A stretch of 64,000 bases of DNA from Rhizodiscina lignyota (GCA_010015805.1 ML978138.1:372001-436000); one strand, 5' to 3'. Shown: positions 38,648 through 50,684, numbered from the stretch's first letter. Numbers and translations: made by a program. Notes: a model not told the origin generated them from the letters alone.

Positions 38648-41600
38648 ATGGCTTCCAACTTGCCGCCGAACCCAACGAGGGAGGACATTGAAGATGAACT
38701 TGCCTTCCTGCAAGTTCGCCACGATACGTAGGCGCCCTCTGCACGCGCCCAAGGCGGCGGGTATATAAGCTAATACGTCTTGCAGACTTGAGCCCGATGC
38801 CGTAGACTACGAAACCGATAAAGGCAGCTTGCAGAGGGACATGGAGGAATTGGAAGCGATGCTCGGCAACATGCAGAACCCGCGCAACAATGGAGCTGGA
38901 GGTTTCACGCAACACGCAGCCTCTTTGTCGGCAACAAACGCTTACAATGGCCTTTCAACGGCGAGCCTTTCAACGCCAACACGAGCAACCGCTCAACACT
39001 ATCGCCCTTCTATAAATTCGGGTTCCACTATTCCTTCTGCATCGAGCTCCTCTTCCCTCTCTGCAGCGAATAACATGTCACGCAAGCGACCCTACGACGG
39101 TAACAATTCACACTATACCCTTACTGCTGGCGATGGCGATATGAGGATGAGCAAGTCATCGCGGACAACGCCTAGCCCTGGCCCCTCCACGCCTGGCACA
39201 ACTGCGTCGGAAGATTCGCTAGAGTATTTGGGCGAGCTTTTGAACCAGCAGCCTACGTCTTCGGACCCTAGCGCGAGACAGCGGGTCATAGACCGCCAGC
39301 GCCACTCTCACCAGAGAGTACTCCAGCAGTTCGAGCAGAGTAAGAGGGATGCAGAGTTAGCTAGGCAGCTGGAACGAGGTATTCCTGTGAGAGCTCCACA
39401 GCCACAGAGCGCAAGCCAAGCACTTTTGAATCGTAATGGAGGCTTTAAGGTGCCAAAGGCTCCTACACCCACTCCACAAGTCTTTGCATCTTCGAGCAGT
39501 CAGACCTCCAACCCTTTTGCATTTGCTGGATCGGGAGCCCCTCCTTTTAACACTATTTCTCCTCAGCTTACGCAGCAGGTTGCGTATCGTCCTGGCCATC
39601 TTGCAGTGCCGCCTATGGAGCTGTATCAAACACCCATCAAACCAGAACAGCGCCTCAGATCAACACCGACGTTGACTAACCAAGCACAGCCGCGATGGGG
39701 AGCAGATGCTAGTGCTCCCAGACCACAGACTCAAGATAGCGACTCATCGGACCTGGAAGAGATCCCGCCAGAGGTGTTTGCCCGCTCAAGTGCTAATAGG
39801 CCACCTCCTCCACATCGCCAAAGCATGCCAGGAGCTTTCCCTACTGCGAACTCTTTCCCAGTCCCTCAGCCGTATTCTGTCCCAGCGCCGTCTACTCCTT
39901 TTGCTAGATCTAACGCCTATTCTCCATATCCAGGCGCTGTGATGCCTCCTGCGATGATTGTTCCTTCCAGGCAATACGCGCAGGATGAGCTCCGTGAGAT
40001 GATTAGAGCTCGTCATGCACATATGGGCGGTCACCTTCCGGATCTGGCTGGGCTTCGCGATACCATCTTCTCAATCTCGCCAAATACAGTCCCTAGCTCT
40101 GCTTTTGGACTCAATCCTCGAGCCCCATTGTACATCGATAGTGACGATGACGATGACCCTTCTTCGCGATACAACCACTACTACATGACGGCGCAGGAGC
40201 AAGAAGAGGAGATAAAGAAACTCATCGAAAATATCAGGCCTGACGAGGAAGCTGACCCTACCAAGCGCGAACCCACCCCTGAAGCGATGAATGATAAGTT
40301 ATACCCACATCAGCGCTTAGCTCTCACATGGATGAAGAACATGGAAGAAGGCACGAACAAGGGCGGTATTCTAGCCGATGATATGGGTTTGGGGAAGACG
40401 ATTCAGGCTCTCGCGCTTATGGCTACAAGGCGCTCTGAGGATCCACGGAGGAAGACGACTTTGATCATTGCTCCTGTTGCTTTACTGTCCCAGTGGGCAA
40501 GGGAGATTACAACAAGGCTCAAGTCTGGTAAACACTCGTTATCCGTCTTCATCCATCACGGGCCAAGGAGGAAGAAGTCATTCAACGAGCTCAAAATGTT
40601 TGACGTTGTGTTGACAACTTTCGGAACACTTGGCCAAGAGCTGAAGAGGCTGCAAGAGTGGCAGAAGAAGCAGGCAGCAGATCCTGATGCGTACCTACCA
40701 CCGGCTCAGAATGTTCTGCTCGGAGATAATTGCAAATGGTACCGCGTAATCATTGACGAGGCTCAGTGCATCAAGAACCGGACAACTAAAAGCTCGATGG
40801 CCACTTGTGAGATCCAGTCCATCCATCGATGGTGCATGACGGGCACGCCAATGATGAACGGACTCAGCGATCTCTTCGCTCTTGTTCGTTTCCTAGGGAT
40901 CAAGCCTTTCAACGACTGGGACATGTTCAACAAGGAATTCATCAAACCCATTAGGGGTAGCGACATGCCAGACCTTCGCGCTGCTTCGATGAAGAAATTC
41001 CAGGTCTTCATCAAAGCTATCTTGCTTCGTCGCACCAAGACATCGCAGATCGATGGGAAGCCGATCTTGGAGCTCCCGCCTCGCATTGTTGAACAGAAGC
41101 ATGCGATCTTCAGCGAGGACGAGAAGAACTTCTACGATGGCCTGGAGAAGAAAACCCAAGTCACCATCAACAAGTACCTCAGGGAAAATACCGTCATGAG
41201 ACACTACTCCAATGTCCTTGTGCTTCTGCTTCGTCTGCGCCAAGCTTGCTGCCATCCGCATCTGATCAAGGATTACGCACAAGCTGAGAATATCACCGAC
41301 ATTCCAGAGGACCAGCGTCTCACTCTTGCGAAGAAGTTGCCTCCCGATGTCGTCGAGCGCATCGTCGCTGCAGGGGGCGCATTTGAGTGCCCAATTTGCT
41401 ATGATGGTGTTGACAATCCAGCCATCATGTTTCCCTGTGGCCATGATACATGCATGGAGTGCTTCGTCAAGATCACTACTCCAGAGCAGGGCATCGCTGA
41501 AGGTGATGAGAATGGCCAGGCAAAATGCCCCCAGTGCAGAGTAAAGGCGGATAGGAACAAGGTGGTGGACTATGAGACTTTCCAGAAGGTTCATGAGCCA

Positions 41601-42549
41601 GAAAAGTGGGCTGAGAAGCATCCAGATGCGGGCAACTCGCAGGAAGATGACGACGATACTGCCGACGAGACTGAGTCTGAAGACGATGACGACGAGACGG
41701 AGAGCTTGGATGGCTTTATAGTTGATGATGATGTTGAAACTGACCCTGACGCCGACGAGGATGAGCCGAAACCGAGCACAAAGGGCAAAGGGAAGATGAA
41801 GCCAAAGTCGAAGAAGAAGGGCTCGAAGGGCAAAGGAAAGGCCAAGGCCGCGCCGAAGCTCACGCTCGCCGAGCTCAAGAAGTTGAGCCTGCGCAACAAG
41901 GCTTCGAAGCGAAAATACCTTCGCCGTCTTGAGAAGGACTGGGTCACCAGCAGCAAGATCGACAAGACGATCGAAATCCTCAAAGAGATTGACGAGAATG
42001 ACCCTGAGGAGAAGACGATCATCTTCAGCCAATGGACTAGTATGCTCGATCTGCTTGAGGTCCCGCTCCACAGGCAGGGCTTCATCTGCCAGCGCTACGA
42101 CGGTAGCATGGACGCAACCCTTCGTGCCAATGCTGTCGAGGAGTTCATGACCCAGTCAAGGTGCAAGGTCATGCTCGTCTCGCTCAAGGCCGGAAACGCG
42201 GGACTCAACCTCACGGCTGCCAGCCAGGTCATCATCCTTGACCCCTTCTGGAACCCGTACGTTGAGGAGCAGGCTATTGATCGAGCTCACCGTATTGGTC
42301 AGCGCCGCGATGTGCACGTGCATCGTGTGCTGGTTGCGGATACGGTCGAGGACCGCATCATCTTGTTGCAGAACCAGAAGCGTGACCTTATCGGTGCGGC
42401 TCTGGATGAGAATGCGAGTAAGGATTTGGGCAGGTTGGGTGTCAATCAGATTCGGTTCTTGTTTGTAAGTATTGATCCGGACTTGAGTTGCTTGGGCTTT
42501 ACTAACTTGTCGATAGGGCCTCGGCGGCAATCCCACTGCGCAGGGCTGA
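38648..42549 (+). CDS. SNF2-family helicase with RING finger (Ris1/Uls1-like, Rad5/16 group), 3 exons
   Basis: GGILADDMGLGKT, IIDEAQ, CMTGTP, LLRLRQACCHP, RING CPIC...CGH..C..C...CPQC, SLKAGNAGLNL and QAIDRAHRIGQ. Introns 38728-38785 and 42465-42516. Confidence 0.92.
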
Positions 42550-43149
42550 GAAATTAGCGGGCACGCGTAGACTAGGCGGGAAGCGTTTCGAGACGCGAGG
42601 TGTTGGTTCGGAGTTGTTTCTCTCCTTTGCTGCCCTGCAGATAGCTTTAAGCTCTGCTTTCATTGCTTTTACTTCGTGCACAAGGTGTGCAGAATGGCGT
42701 CGGCATAGATCCGCTACGCATTTCTACCTTATTTCAAGCCCTGATTGCCCGTTTTCCTTCGATGTATTTTTCACTACTGGTGGGGAGGCCTTCTGCGGAT
42801 CTGACACGGCGCATACGAAAGGCATATGATACCCGCACGCCGCATGTTCTTTTTTCATTGTGCTATTCTCGGTTTTGTTTGACTTGCTGGAGTCTTTCTC
42901 GAATCATGGTTTGCGCTTAACGTGTCATAGCTTTCGATGCTCGCAATAGCGAAGGAGGCTCTTTGCTGCATGGTTACTGAACTGTATAGCAGGTAGAGAA
43001 TCGAGCTTGATATGTTTTCTCTAGACCTCGCGGCCATCTGACTTGACCTTTGAAGCAGTGAAATCTACAATACACGTGTGACGGCGCGAAATTGCAATAA
43101 GCTCTATGGAGTATGCTCCGCCTACGCAATGCGAGCGACCAGGCGTTCT

Positions 43150-44660
43150 GCTGATGTCGCTCTTCAACCCGAGGTGCGTACGCCCGTAAAGCTTCATGTT
43201 TCTAAGTCTTGTGGTCAAACTGGCTCACCGCGGCTGCTGACTGAGCGCGTGTTCAATTGTTCTTGGAGTTTACTTGTCGTAGCTTCGCGAACGTGGGAAA
43301 ATTCTTTCACTTAGTGCGCAGTGTCTCCTCTTGGGTGGCTGTATATGTGCGCGAAGAGAAACAGGCTCCTCCGAATGCGTACCGCGCAACTTATTATACA
43401 GTATGCAGATGTATGTATCCAGCACACTCTACCACTCCATGCGCAAGACATTCGTGCGTATAGTCTCCGGTCGTGAGTCCTTCCGGCCTCTTTGGGATAT
43501 GGTGCGAGGCGGATGCGAGGCAGATAGTCACGTCTTCCGGCAGCATGCTTGTGTCGAAGATGAATTGCGACGTAGGAATGTCACTTCCGCGCATCTTGTA
43601 TAGAGAAGGGACTCCGGGTTGAGTTTACTAACAAGCAAGCGACCGGCTGCCCTGACGATATAGCTCTTCAACTTAAAATACCCAAAAGGAAGTGCAGCCT
43701 TCTTCTCATCCCTGCCCTCTTCTTAACCCGCAGTACGTCTTGTTAGCCTACTGATGTCGCTCTTCGATCCAAAGACCGCATGCCCATAGAGGATGGTGTT
43801 TCTAAGCCTTGCAGCTAGAAAAAGTCAACAGCGACTTCTGCTCGAGCACGGATTCGATTATATCTAGAGGGTGCTTATTGTAGCTTCTCGGACTTGGGAA
43901 AATTCATGAATTTGGTAAGAAGTGTGACCACTTACCTAACTGTATATGTACGCGAAGGGAAACAGGCTGCTTAAGAGTTCGTGCTGCGTATAGTTGGTCT
44001 ATGTGAAGTGAGTGTCTAGCTGCTCTGCGAAAGTCGTTCTTCAACCCAAACACTCAGAGACGGAAGTGCGGCCTCCTTCGTCCTCCTCGCGTTCTTCGTC
44101 GCTTCCTCGAGCAGCACTAAATCTGCTTTACTATAGTGGCCGGATTCTCTTATGGCCTGGGTATAGTAGCTCTCCCCACTGTCCAGATCTCGCCCGGATC
44201 AATGACGTGGGTCTCGACGACCTATTGGAGGGTGTCATATCTAAATCGGCCACAGCCGTGGGATTGGTCTCCGCCTCCCCTAGGGCACCTCCTCGAAGGG
44301 TCGACGGTAAGTGTATACCGCTACATTAGTACTTGATATACATCTCTTTCTTCTTGCCTCTCTTTAGTATTTGTGCCAGCTCCGTGTCAGGGTCATGCTC
44401 CGCCACAAAAGTGTCATTTTGAAGCAGTCTGGATCCGGTTGTACTGCGAGCACCAAGACCATCTTCGCCTACGTGTAGGGTCACGGAGGCTCATGTTTCT
44501 AAGTGTTATTGTTAGTAAAGATTAGCTGCGACTCCTGGTCGAGTGTGTATTCGATTATATCCGGAGTCAACTTGTTGTTACTTCGTTTTGTAGGAGGTAT
44601 GTCTGCTTATCTAGTAGTCCTATGCACGCTAATAGAAACAAGCTGATTAAGAGATCGCAC
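43150..44660. repeat. Three degenerate dispersed copies of a ~230-bp unit
   Basis: Shared anchors: CTGATGTCGCTCTTC at 43151 and 43751; TGTTTCTAAG at 43197, 43797 and 44494; GTATATGT.CGCGAAG.GAAACAGGCT at 43341 and 43942, with a weaker copy (TATGCACGCTAATAGAAACAAGCTG) at 44621. Confidence 0.75.
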
Positions 44661-44969
44661 TCCCACAGTCGGTGCATGTGAAGAAAACGTCTATGTACAT
44701 AGTTTATACACGAAGAGGAGTAACTCCCATCCCACTCCTAGCTTGGACTAAAATGCCAGTTACTGGGAGCTCGGATCAGGAGATCAGCACAAGGATCGCG
44801 TCCCCAGCACAGACATTCCGCGTCTTGCACTCATGAGACAATCCAGCCTTCAGAAACAGACAGCTGGGAATTGCCGCAAAAATGCGGCGTATTCCAATGT
44901 CTTCGAGCTCTCCGAGCTCTTTGAGCCTTCTCCATATCCAATTGACTTTCAATCCTGCCTCAGCCAAAT

Positions 44970-45971
44970 ATGTTCGGTTTTTTCGAACCAACTTTCCATC
45001 CAGACACTGATATCCCAGACCTTGCGGGCAAGGTCTTTCTAGTTACAGGCGGTAATAATATGTACTCATTACAGTATTTTGCGATGAAGTATTCGACTAA
45101 CGCTTCATCAACATCGACAGGAAATGCAGGACTCGGGAAAGAAACTGTCTTGCGACTCGCGAAGCACAATCCGCGCAACATCTTCCTGGCTGCGCGAGAC
45201 AAGATGAAAGCTGACGAAGCTATTCGCGACATAAAGAAAGATGCCCCAAATGCGACCATTACACATCTGTCCCTCGATCTCGCTTCTCTGAAGTCCGTTC
45301 GCGCCGCTGCCGAGACCGTGATATCTACTACGGATCGATTAGACGAGCTCATCAATAACGCTGGGGTGATGGCAGTACCAGCGGCCGTAACGCAAGAGGG
45401 CTACGAGATCCAATTCGGCACGAACCACATCGGCCACTTCCTACTCACGAAGCTACTACTCCCACTACTCCAACGAACAGCCGCGTTGCCAGATTCAGAT
45501 GTGCGAATCGTGAACCTGAGCTCTGGGGGGCATATGCACCCGCCATGGAGCGGTATACTCTTCGACGGTAGCTTAGAAGGCACGATGGAGGCATATAACA
45601 CATTCGTGCGCTACGGACAGTCCAAGCTGGCCAACATCTTGCATGTCCGAGAGCTCGCGAAGCGGTATCCGACCATTAAGGCCATTGCAGTTCATCCCGG
45701 CGGCGTGAACACAAATCTCAGCGTCACCTTTCAGAAGAACCATCCCTGGGTTGGCATACCAGGCGCCTACTTGCAGAGTTTCGTGTTGAAGACGGCGGAG
45801 CAAGGTGCCTTGACGCAGCTATGGGCTGCAACGAGTCCGGATGCCGTGAGCGGAAAGTACTACGTGCCAGTCGCGAGGGAGAATTCGGGTTCTGCATACT
45901 CGCGGAATCCAGAGATGGCAGCGAAGCTGTGGGACTGGACGGAAGAGCAGCTGGCAAAACATGGGTACTGA
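44970..45971 (+). CDS. Short-chain dehydrogenase/reductase (retinol dehydrogenase/WWOX-like), 2 exons
   Basis: TGGNAGLG after removing the 69-bp intron 45052-45120, plus LINNAG, QFGTNHIGHF, YGQSK and VHPGGV. Confidence 0.93.
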   Translation: MFGFFEPTFHPDTDIPDLAGKVFLVTGGNNMYSLQYFAMKYSTNASSTSTGNAGLGKETVLRLAKHNPRNIFLAARDKMKADEAIRDIKKDAPNATITHLSLDLASLKSVRAAAETVISTTDRLDELINNAGVMAVPAAVTQEGYEIQFGTNHIGHFLLTKLLLPLLQRTAALPDSDVRIVNLSSGGHMHPPWSGILFDGSLEGTMEAYNTFVRYGQSKLANILHVRELAKRYPTIKAIAVHPGGVNTNLSVTFQKNHPWVGIPGAYLQSFVLKTAEQGALTQLWAATSPDAVSGKYYVPVARENSGSAYSRNPEMAAKLWDWTEEQLAKHGY

Positions 45972-45975
45972 GCCG

Positions 45976-47469
45976 TCATATGATAACAAACGTCTCTTCT
46001 GGGAATTCGCCTTTCTCGTGCGCATCCATTGCCATCTGCTTTGTTGTGTCGTTCAGGTAGCATGGGCCGATCAGCGTGTACTTAGTATCAGCTGACTCAT
46101 CCGAGCGTAGCATGTGCGGTAGTTCGGCATCGGGAAAGAAACAGCAGATGTCCCCTACTTTCGTCATCCCTGGGCCTAGGCCAATATATCCGTTGCTGCA
46201 CACGAAAAGACGTCTCTTTCGGGCGCAACTCACAGCCCGCAAGGTGAAGTGGGAGTAATCCGCCGGGCTAGGGTGGACTTCGTCTTGGATCTCCGCTGGG
46301 AGACTGTCCTTGTCAAAATCGGAAACTAAGTGCTCGAATTCTTGAATCCATTTTATAAGGCAGGGCTTTACATCGGTAAGTTCGAAGTGGGCGAATTGCG
46401 CTATCATAGTGAGAGCCAGCGATTCCAACAAGTCATCATACACAGACGAGCCAAACTCTTCGCGGTGCAGGCGCCGCAAGGTATCGATGAATGGGTTCTT
46501 GGTCTCCCATCCCGAGCGCTTGTGGGGCTCTCTGACAAAAACGTCGTTTCTTCTGATCGATGCCGACACATGGGACACGGTGCCAAGTTTGAAGCCTTGG
46601 GCATGCAGCTCAGTTCGATCGCGGATTGAAAAGTGGTAGCCTGGTTTTCTTCTGGGAGATTCACGAAACGGAGAATTCGGCTGCAGTTTGGACTGTTGAG
46701 TTTCATTCCATTGCGGACACCAGGACGGGCATTTGCTTTCTGGTGCGTCTCCAGTGCAAACCCCAGCGAAGGAAAGCAGGTTCAGCGTCTGCCGCGTTTG
46801 TAACCATGAGATGGCAAAGTCAAGGTATACATCCTCAATGGATTTGGTGTAGTCAGGATGGATTGTTGTCGCTAGCAGCGGATGCGCGAGAAAAGCATAA
46901 ATGTAGTCTCGTGGGTTTGATGCCTTGTACTTTTGTCTTGCGCAGTCCAGAGCGAATAGAAACGCTTCGGAGTGTCTCATCCATTCTGTCGCCTGGCGAT
47001 GGCTAATGTCGTAAGATCTCCACATGACGCCGGACGTAAGTCTGGGCACATCTCGATACTCGTTCTCAATCCTAAGAGCATATCTCTTATGGCTTCCAAA
47101 GAAATACAGGACCTCCATGAGGTCTCTCCAGTCCAGCCTGTGTTCGCCGTACAAAATAACCGCCTCATCGGCGAGCCCTACTTCCTGGACGGTCCACGCT
47201 CTAGAAAACCACGGCATTCGTGTCATGCGGTCCAGAGCCTCCCAATTCAGCGATGCGAACTCTGATTCGGGGTCGTTGATTTTCAAATTCACCTCCGGTC
47301 CGTACTCGTGAATCAAATGGATCAGCTTCTGGACGGATTCGATCGCCAGGTGGGCATCGCCATGAACGTCCGGTCCGACATGAATGAGCACCCGCACAGC
47401 AGCTTTGTAGATTTCACCCATATGAAATACCTGATGACTGCGCTCTTTAACGTTGATTTGCTCGATGCA
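45976..47469 (-). pseudogene. HET-domain (heterokaryon incompatibility, HET-6-like) gene, 3' half, separated from its 5' half by an insertion
   Basis: Begins CIEQINVKERSHQVFHMGEIY, then PWFSRAWTVQEV, ASNPRDYIYAFL, PSWCPQW, RRLFV..NGYIGLGP..KVGDIC and YTLIGPCY. The frame is open to the stop at 45976. Confidence 0.9.
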
Positions 47470-48549
47470 TATCGCAACGAAACATGAGCGCGGCAACCAA
47501 GTCCATTTCATGTGCCATTACCGCTAGTCCCATTTTAGACGTAAAGAAACATGACTAAGTGCATCGTAATTACCTGACTGCGTCTCCTCTGAACGCGTGA
47601 GATTGTCTAAATCGAAATTCTATTAGCAATAGATACCCCAAAGTTTATTCATTAATTACCGCGAGCTCCCTAACTAACGAATTTATACCTTACTACTATA
47701 TTAGAGTTCTAGAGTCAGCATCGAGTAGCAGATAATTGGCGAAAGTCTACCCATCTACCGGCTCATTCCTAGTTGAAGAGACGTGTTTGGCGACGGGTGT
47801 AGCTGCGTCAATGACGTGAGCTATTTCAGCGTACATAGATTGCGGTTGTTCATGCTTTGAGCTTGCGAATTTGTCACTCATTTCCTAGAAATGACTGATC
47901 TCATTTACCCTCGAAAGGGGCAAGTGCTGGAAGTCTGGTGCCTTTCCTGCTGTAATCCTCATCTTTCCAGCATAGATGTACTCCTCAGTTAGTCAAAACC
48001 CCGACACATTTCTGTAGTAACGATCACGAAACCTTTGGCCGGTTAGGACCTCAAGACAGCAAAATCCGGCAAGGCAAAGTTCAGCTGTCATGAATGCATG
48101 CAGACTTGCATTTGATGACAGCGACTTTCTTCTGAAATGTGGCTATAATAGGGTGAGACTTTTATTTTGGACGAGCCAGTTCCTGCAAGGAATCGAGAAC
48201 ATCGCTGCTTTAGTGGCGAGGTATACTCTATTCTGAGACCATACGGAGCAGTTTCTATTCCAATGGACCCGTAATCTTGTTTCATCTGCTTCTACGACAA
48301 CCCAACCTTGTTTCCATATTCAGCATCCGAGCTCATAGCTTCCCCAGATCACCGCACTCTTTTCATATCCCCAAGGTCTTTGATGGCTGCTTCCCCTCTC
48401 CTCACATCAGTCTTTCGTCAGACGACTCCATAGATATCTGCAGAAGATATTGTGTCTGAGAAAATTGTCATGTTCATCTCGGACTGGCAGCCGTAGCTAT
48501 CTTTAGCGAATGTAGGCGAAGTGGAGAGGAACTCTGAATGCGACTACGG

Positions 48550-48560
48550 TATATAAAGAG
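48550..48560 (+). promoter_or_regulatory. TATA box of the repeat-precursor gene
   Basis: TATATAAAG about 150 bp upstream of the ATG at 48699, followed by an A-rich then pyrimidine-rich leader. Confidence 0.45.
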
Positions 48561-48698
48561 TTGAGACGATGCTAAGGAAACCTTCTCTTCATCGGCTCAT
48601 TCAGAAAAACAAAACTAATACAACCTTTTCGTTATTTTTTTCCATTTTATTCCCTTTTCCCTAGCTCCTAGATTCTAATACTAGTCCAGTCATTCAAG

Positions 48699-49889
48699 AT
48701 GAAGGTTTCCGTGTCAGTTGCGATCCTCGCGTTCTGCGCTGCTCTCGCTGTTGCCACGCCAGTCCCGTCTACTAGCGGCGAGCAAGGATTGACCAAGCGC
48801 GGTTTTGGCTTCGAAAATTTCAACAACGAGCAGGACGGTGGCCGCGGCGATAACTTCAATAACGAGCAGGACGGCGGCCGAGGCGATAATTTCAATAACG
48901 AGCAAGACGGTGGCCGCGGCGACAACTTTAATAACGAGCAAGGACTCCGCAAGCGCAGCAGGGACAACTTCAACAACGAGCAGAGCGGCAGCGGCCGCGG
49001 CGACTTCAACAACGAGCAAGGCGGCAGCGGCGATAACTTTAACAACGAGCAAGAGGGTGGCCGCGGCGATAACTTTAACAACGAGCAAGGAAAACTCCGC
49101 AAGCGCAGTAGGGACAACTTCAACAACGAGCAGAGCGGCAGCGGCCGAGGCGACAACTTCAACAACGAGCAGAGCGGCAGCGGCAGCGGCGACAACTTCA
49201 ATAACGAGCAGAGCGGCAGCGGCAGCGGCGACAGCTTCAACAACGAGCAGAGCGGCAGCGGCAGCGGCGACAACTTCAATAACGAGCAAGGCGGTAGCGG
49301 CGACAACTTCAACAACGAGCAAGACGGTGGCCGCGGCGATAACTTCAACAACGAGCAAGGAAAACTCCGCAAGCGCAGCAGGGACAACTTCAACAACGAG
49401 CAGAGCGGCAGCGGCCGAGGCGACTTCAACAACGAGCAAGGCGGCAGCGGCGATAACTTTAACAACGAGCAAGAGGGTGGCCGCGGCGATAACTTCAATA
49501 ACGAGCAAGGAAAACTTCGCAAGCGCAGCAGGGATAACTTCAACAACGAGCAGAGCGGCAGCGGCCGAGGCGACAACTTCAACAACGAGCAAGGCGGCAG
49601 CGGCGACAACTTCAACAACGAGCAAGAGGGTGGCCGCGGCGATAACTTCAACAACGAGCAAGGGAAACTTCGCAAGCGCAGCGACTTCTGCAGCAACTTT
49701 AACAACGAGCAGATTATGCCGGTCCCCTCTTACGTTTACAAAAAGTTCCCCACCTTCAAGGGCTACTATTTGGTGCACGCCTCTGCCACCGCCACCGCCT
49801 CCGCCTCCTCAATCGCCGACGATTCGTTCAGCAACTTCCAGTCATCGGGAGGAGATGGGCAATCGTTTAGCAACGTACAGATCAACTAA
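48699..49889 (+). CDS. Secreted Kex2-processed repeat protein (KEP-like) with 24 FNNEQ repeats
   Basis: Signal peptide MKVSVSVAILAFCAALAVA, pro-peptide ending LTKR, five (K)LRKR sites separating blocks of 4, 4, 7, 4, 4 and 1 (D)NFNNEQ units with G/S/R/D linkers, and C-terminus GQSFSNVQIN. Variation between repeats is mostly at third codon positions in this frame (AAC/AAT, TTC/TTT, CAG/CAA). Confidence 0.9.
   Translation: MKVSVSVAILAFCAALAVATPVPSTSGEQGLTKRGFGFENFNNEQDGGRGDNFNNEQDGGRGDNFNNEQDGGRGDNFNNEQGLRKRSRDNFNNEQSGSGRGDFNNEQGGSGDNFNNEQEGGRGDNFNNEQGKLRKRSRDNFNNEQSGSGRGDNFNNEQSGSGSGDNFNNEQSGSGSGDSFNNEQSGSGSGDNFNNEQGGSGDNFNNEQDGGRGDNFNNEQGKLRKRSRDNFNNEQSGSGRGDFNNEQGGSGDNFNNEQEGGRGDNFNNEQGKLRKRSRDNFNNEQSGSGRGDNFNNEQGGSGDNFNNEQEGGRGDNFNNEQGKLRKRSDFCSNFNNEQIMPVPSYVYKKFPTFKGYYLVHASATATASASSIADDSFSNFQSSGGDGQSFSNVQIN
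48816..49712 (+). repeat. Coding tandem repeat (33-48-bp units nested in ~150-bp higher-order blocks)
   Basis: The core (G)ACAACTTCAACAACGAGCA recurs 24 times with variants; blocks are delimited by CGCAAGCGCAG. Confidence 0.95.
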
Positions 49890-50684
49890 TTTTGAAGCGC
49901 CTGATTGTCTCGCCTTAGCTGCTGGCGTGAAGGAACTGCAGCACGTGTGGATTTTGGTGAAATCTCTATGTTGTCTTCTTGCTTATGTGGAGCATTTGCG
50001 GTCACCGTTGCATGTCAATTGCCTCATCTTGTTTGACTTTCTCATTGTTTTTATTCTGGGCTTCCGACTTCAGCCACTCATTCTACCCGACCTCAAAAAG
50101 GCTCGCGGAAAGTCGATCTGATCTTTGCGAGTTCTGGCTTTCACGGATAATAAAATTTAAATACCATAATGCTTTCTTGAACATAGACAACGATCTTATT
50201 TGACCAGGGAGAATGTTCGAGTGAACGACTAGGTGTAAGGTCGACTGGTGGACCAAACAGAAAATCTGTTAGAAGACTGAGTTAAGGGTTAGGAAGCTAA
50301 GTGAGGTTTCTTAACGGTAGATCGAGGCCAGATTTTTCGGCTTCCGAGAGGGTACTCTAAGATCGATTTTCGGAAGCTTGTTGGCGCTTAAATTTCGTTT
50401 CTGTCTGAGAATGTATAAATTTACGAGAGTTACTAACGTCAGTAATGGAAATGTATTCATACAACACATTGAGAGTTGCTGAAGCTATGAATCAACAATT
50501 AAGAGTAGCTTCAATGCCTCCATAATGTCCGACCCGAAAGGGACTACCTATCTCAGCGAGCGATAGGAGTTTGACTTAGTCGCCAAGAAGATCAAGAACT
50601 TCAAAAGCACGACAATGACTTCGGAAATTCATCGTGAAATCTCAACGATCTAATTGGACTATCGCTGAAAGCTCAGCATGCTAA

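Noticed and set aside
40893..42085. 392-aa and 164-aa minus-strand ORFs
   Set aside because: Antisense shadows of the SNF2 helicase coding sequence.
45052..45120. Apparent 23-aa insertion in the SDR Rossmann motif
   Set aside because: It is an ordinary 69-bp in-frame intron (GTAATA...CTAAC...CAG); removal restores TGGNAGLG.
48816..49712. CRISPR-like appearance of regularly spaced repeats
   Set aside because: The sequence is eukaryotic, the 'spacers' are themselves repeated in-frame linkers, and there are no cas genes.
48699..49889. Alpha-factor pheromone or dikaritin RiPP precursor
   Set aside because: No Ste13 XA/XP dipeptide spacers or pheromone-like core, inter-KR segments are ~50 aa or longer, and no DUF3328/UstYa or tyrosinase gene lies in the window.
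48668..50121. Three long alternative-frame ORFs over the repeat (345 aa and 354 aa on minus; 438 aa Thr/Ala/Ser-rich on plus)
   Set aside because: These are shadows of a stop-poor tandem repeat. Only the 48699 frame has an ATG with signal peptide and KR sites, and repeat variation is largely synonymous in that frame.
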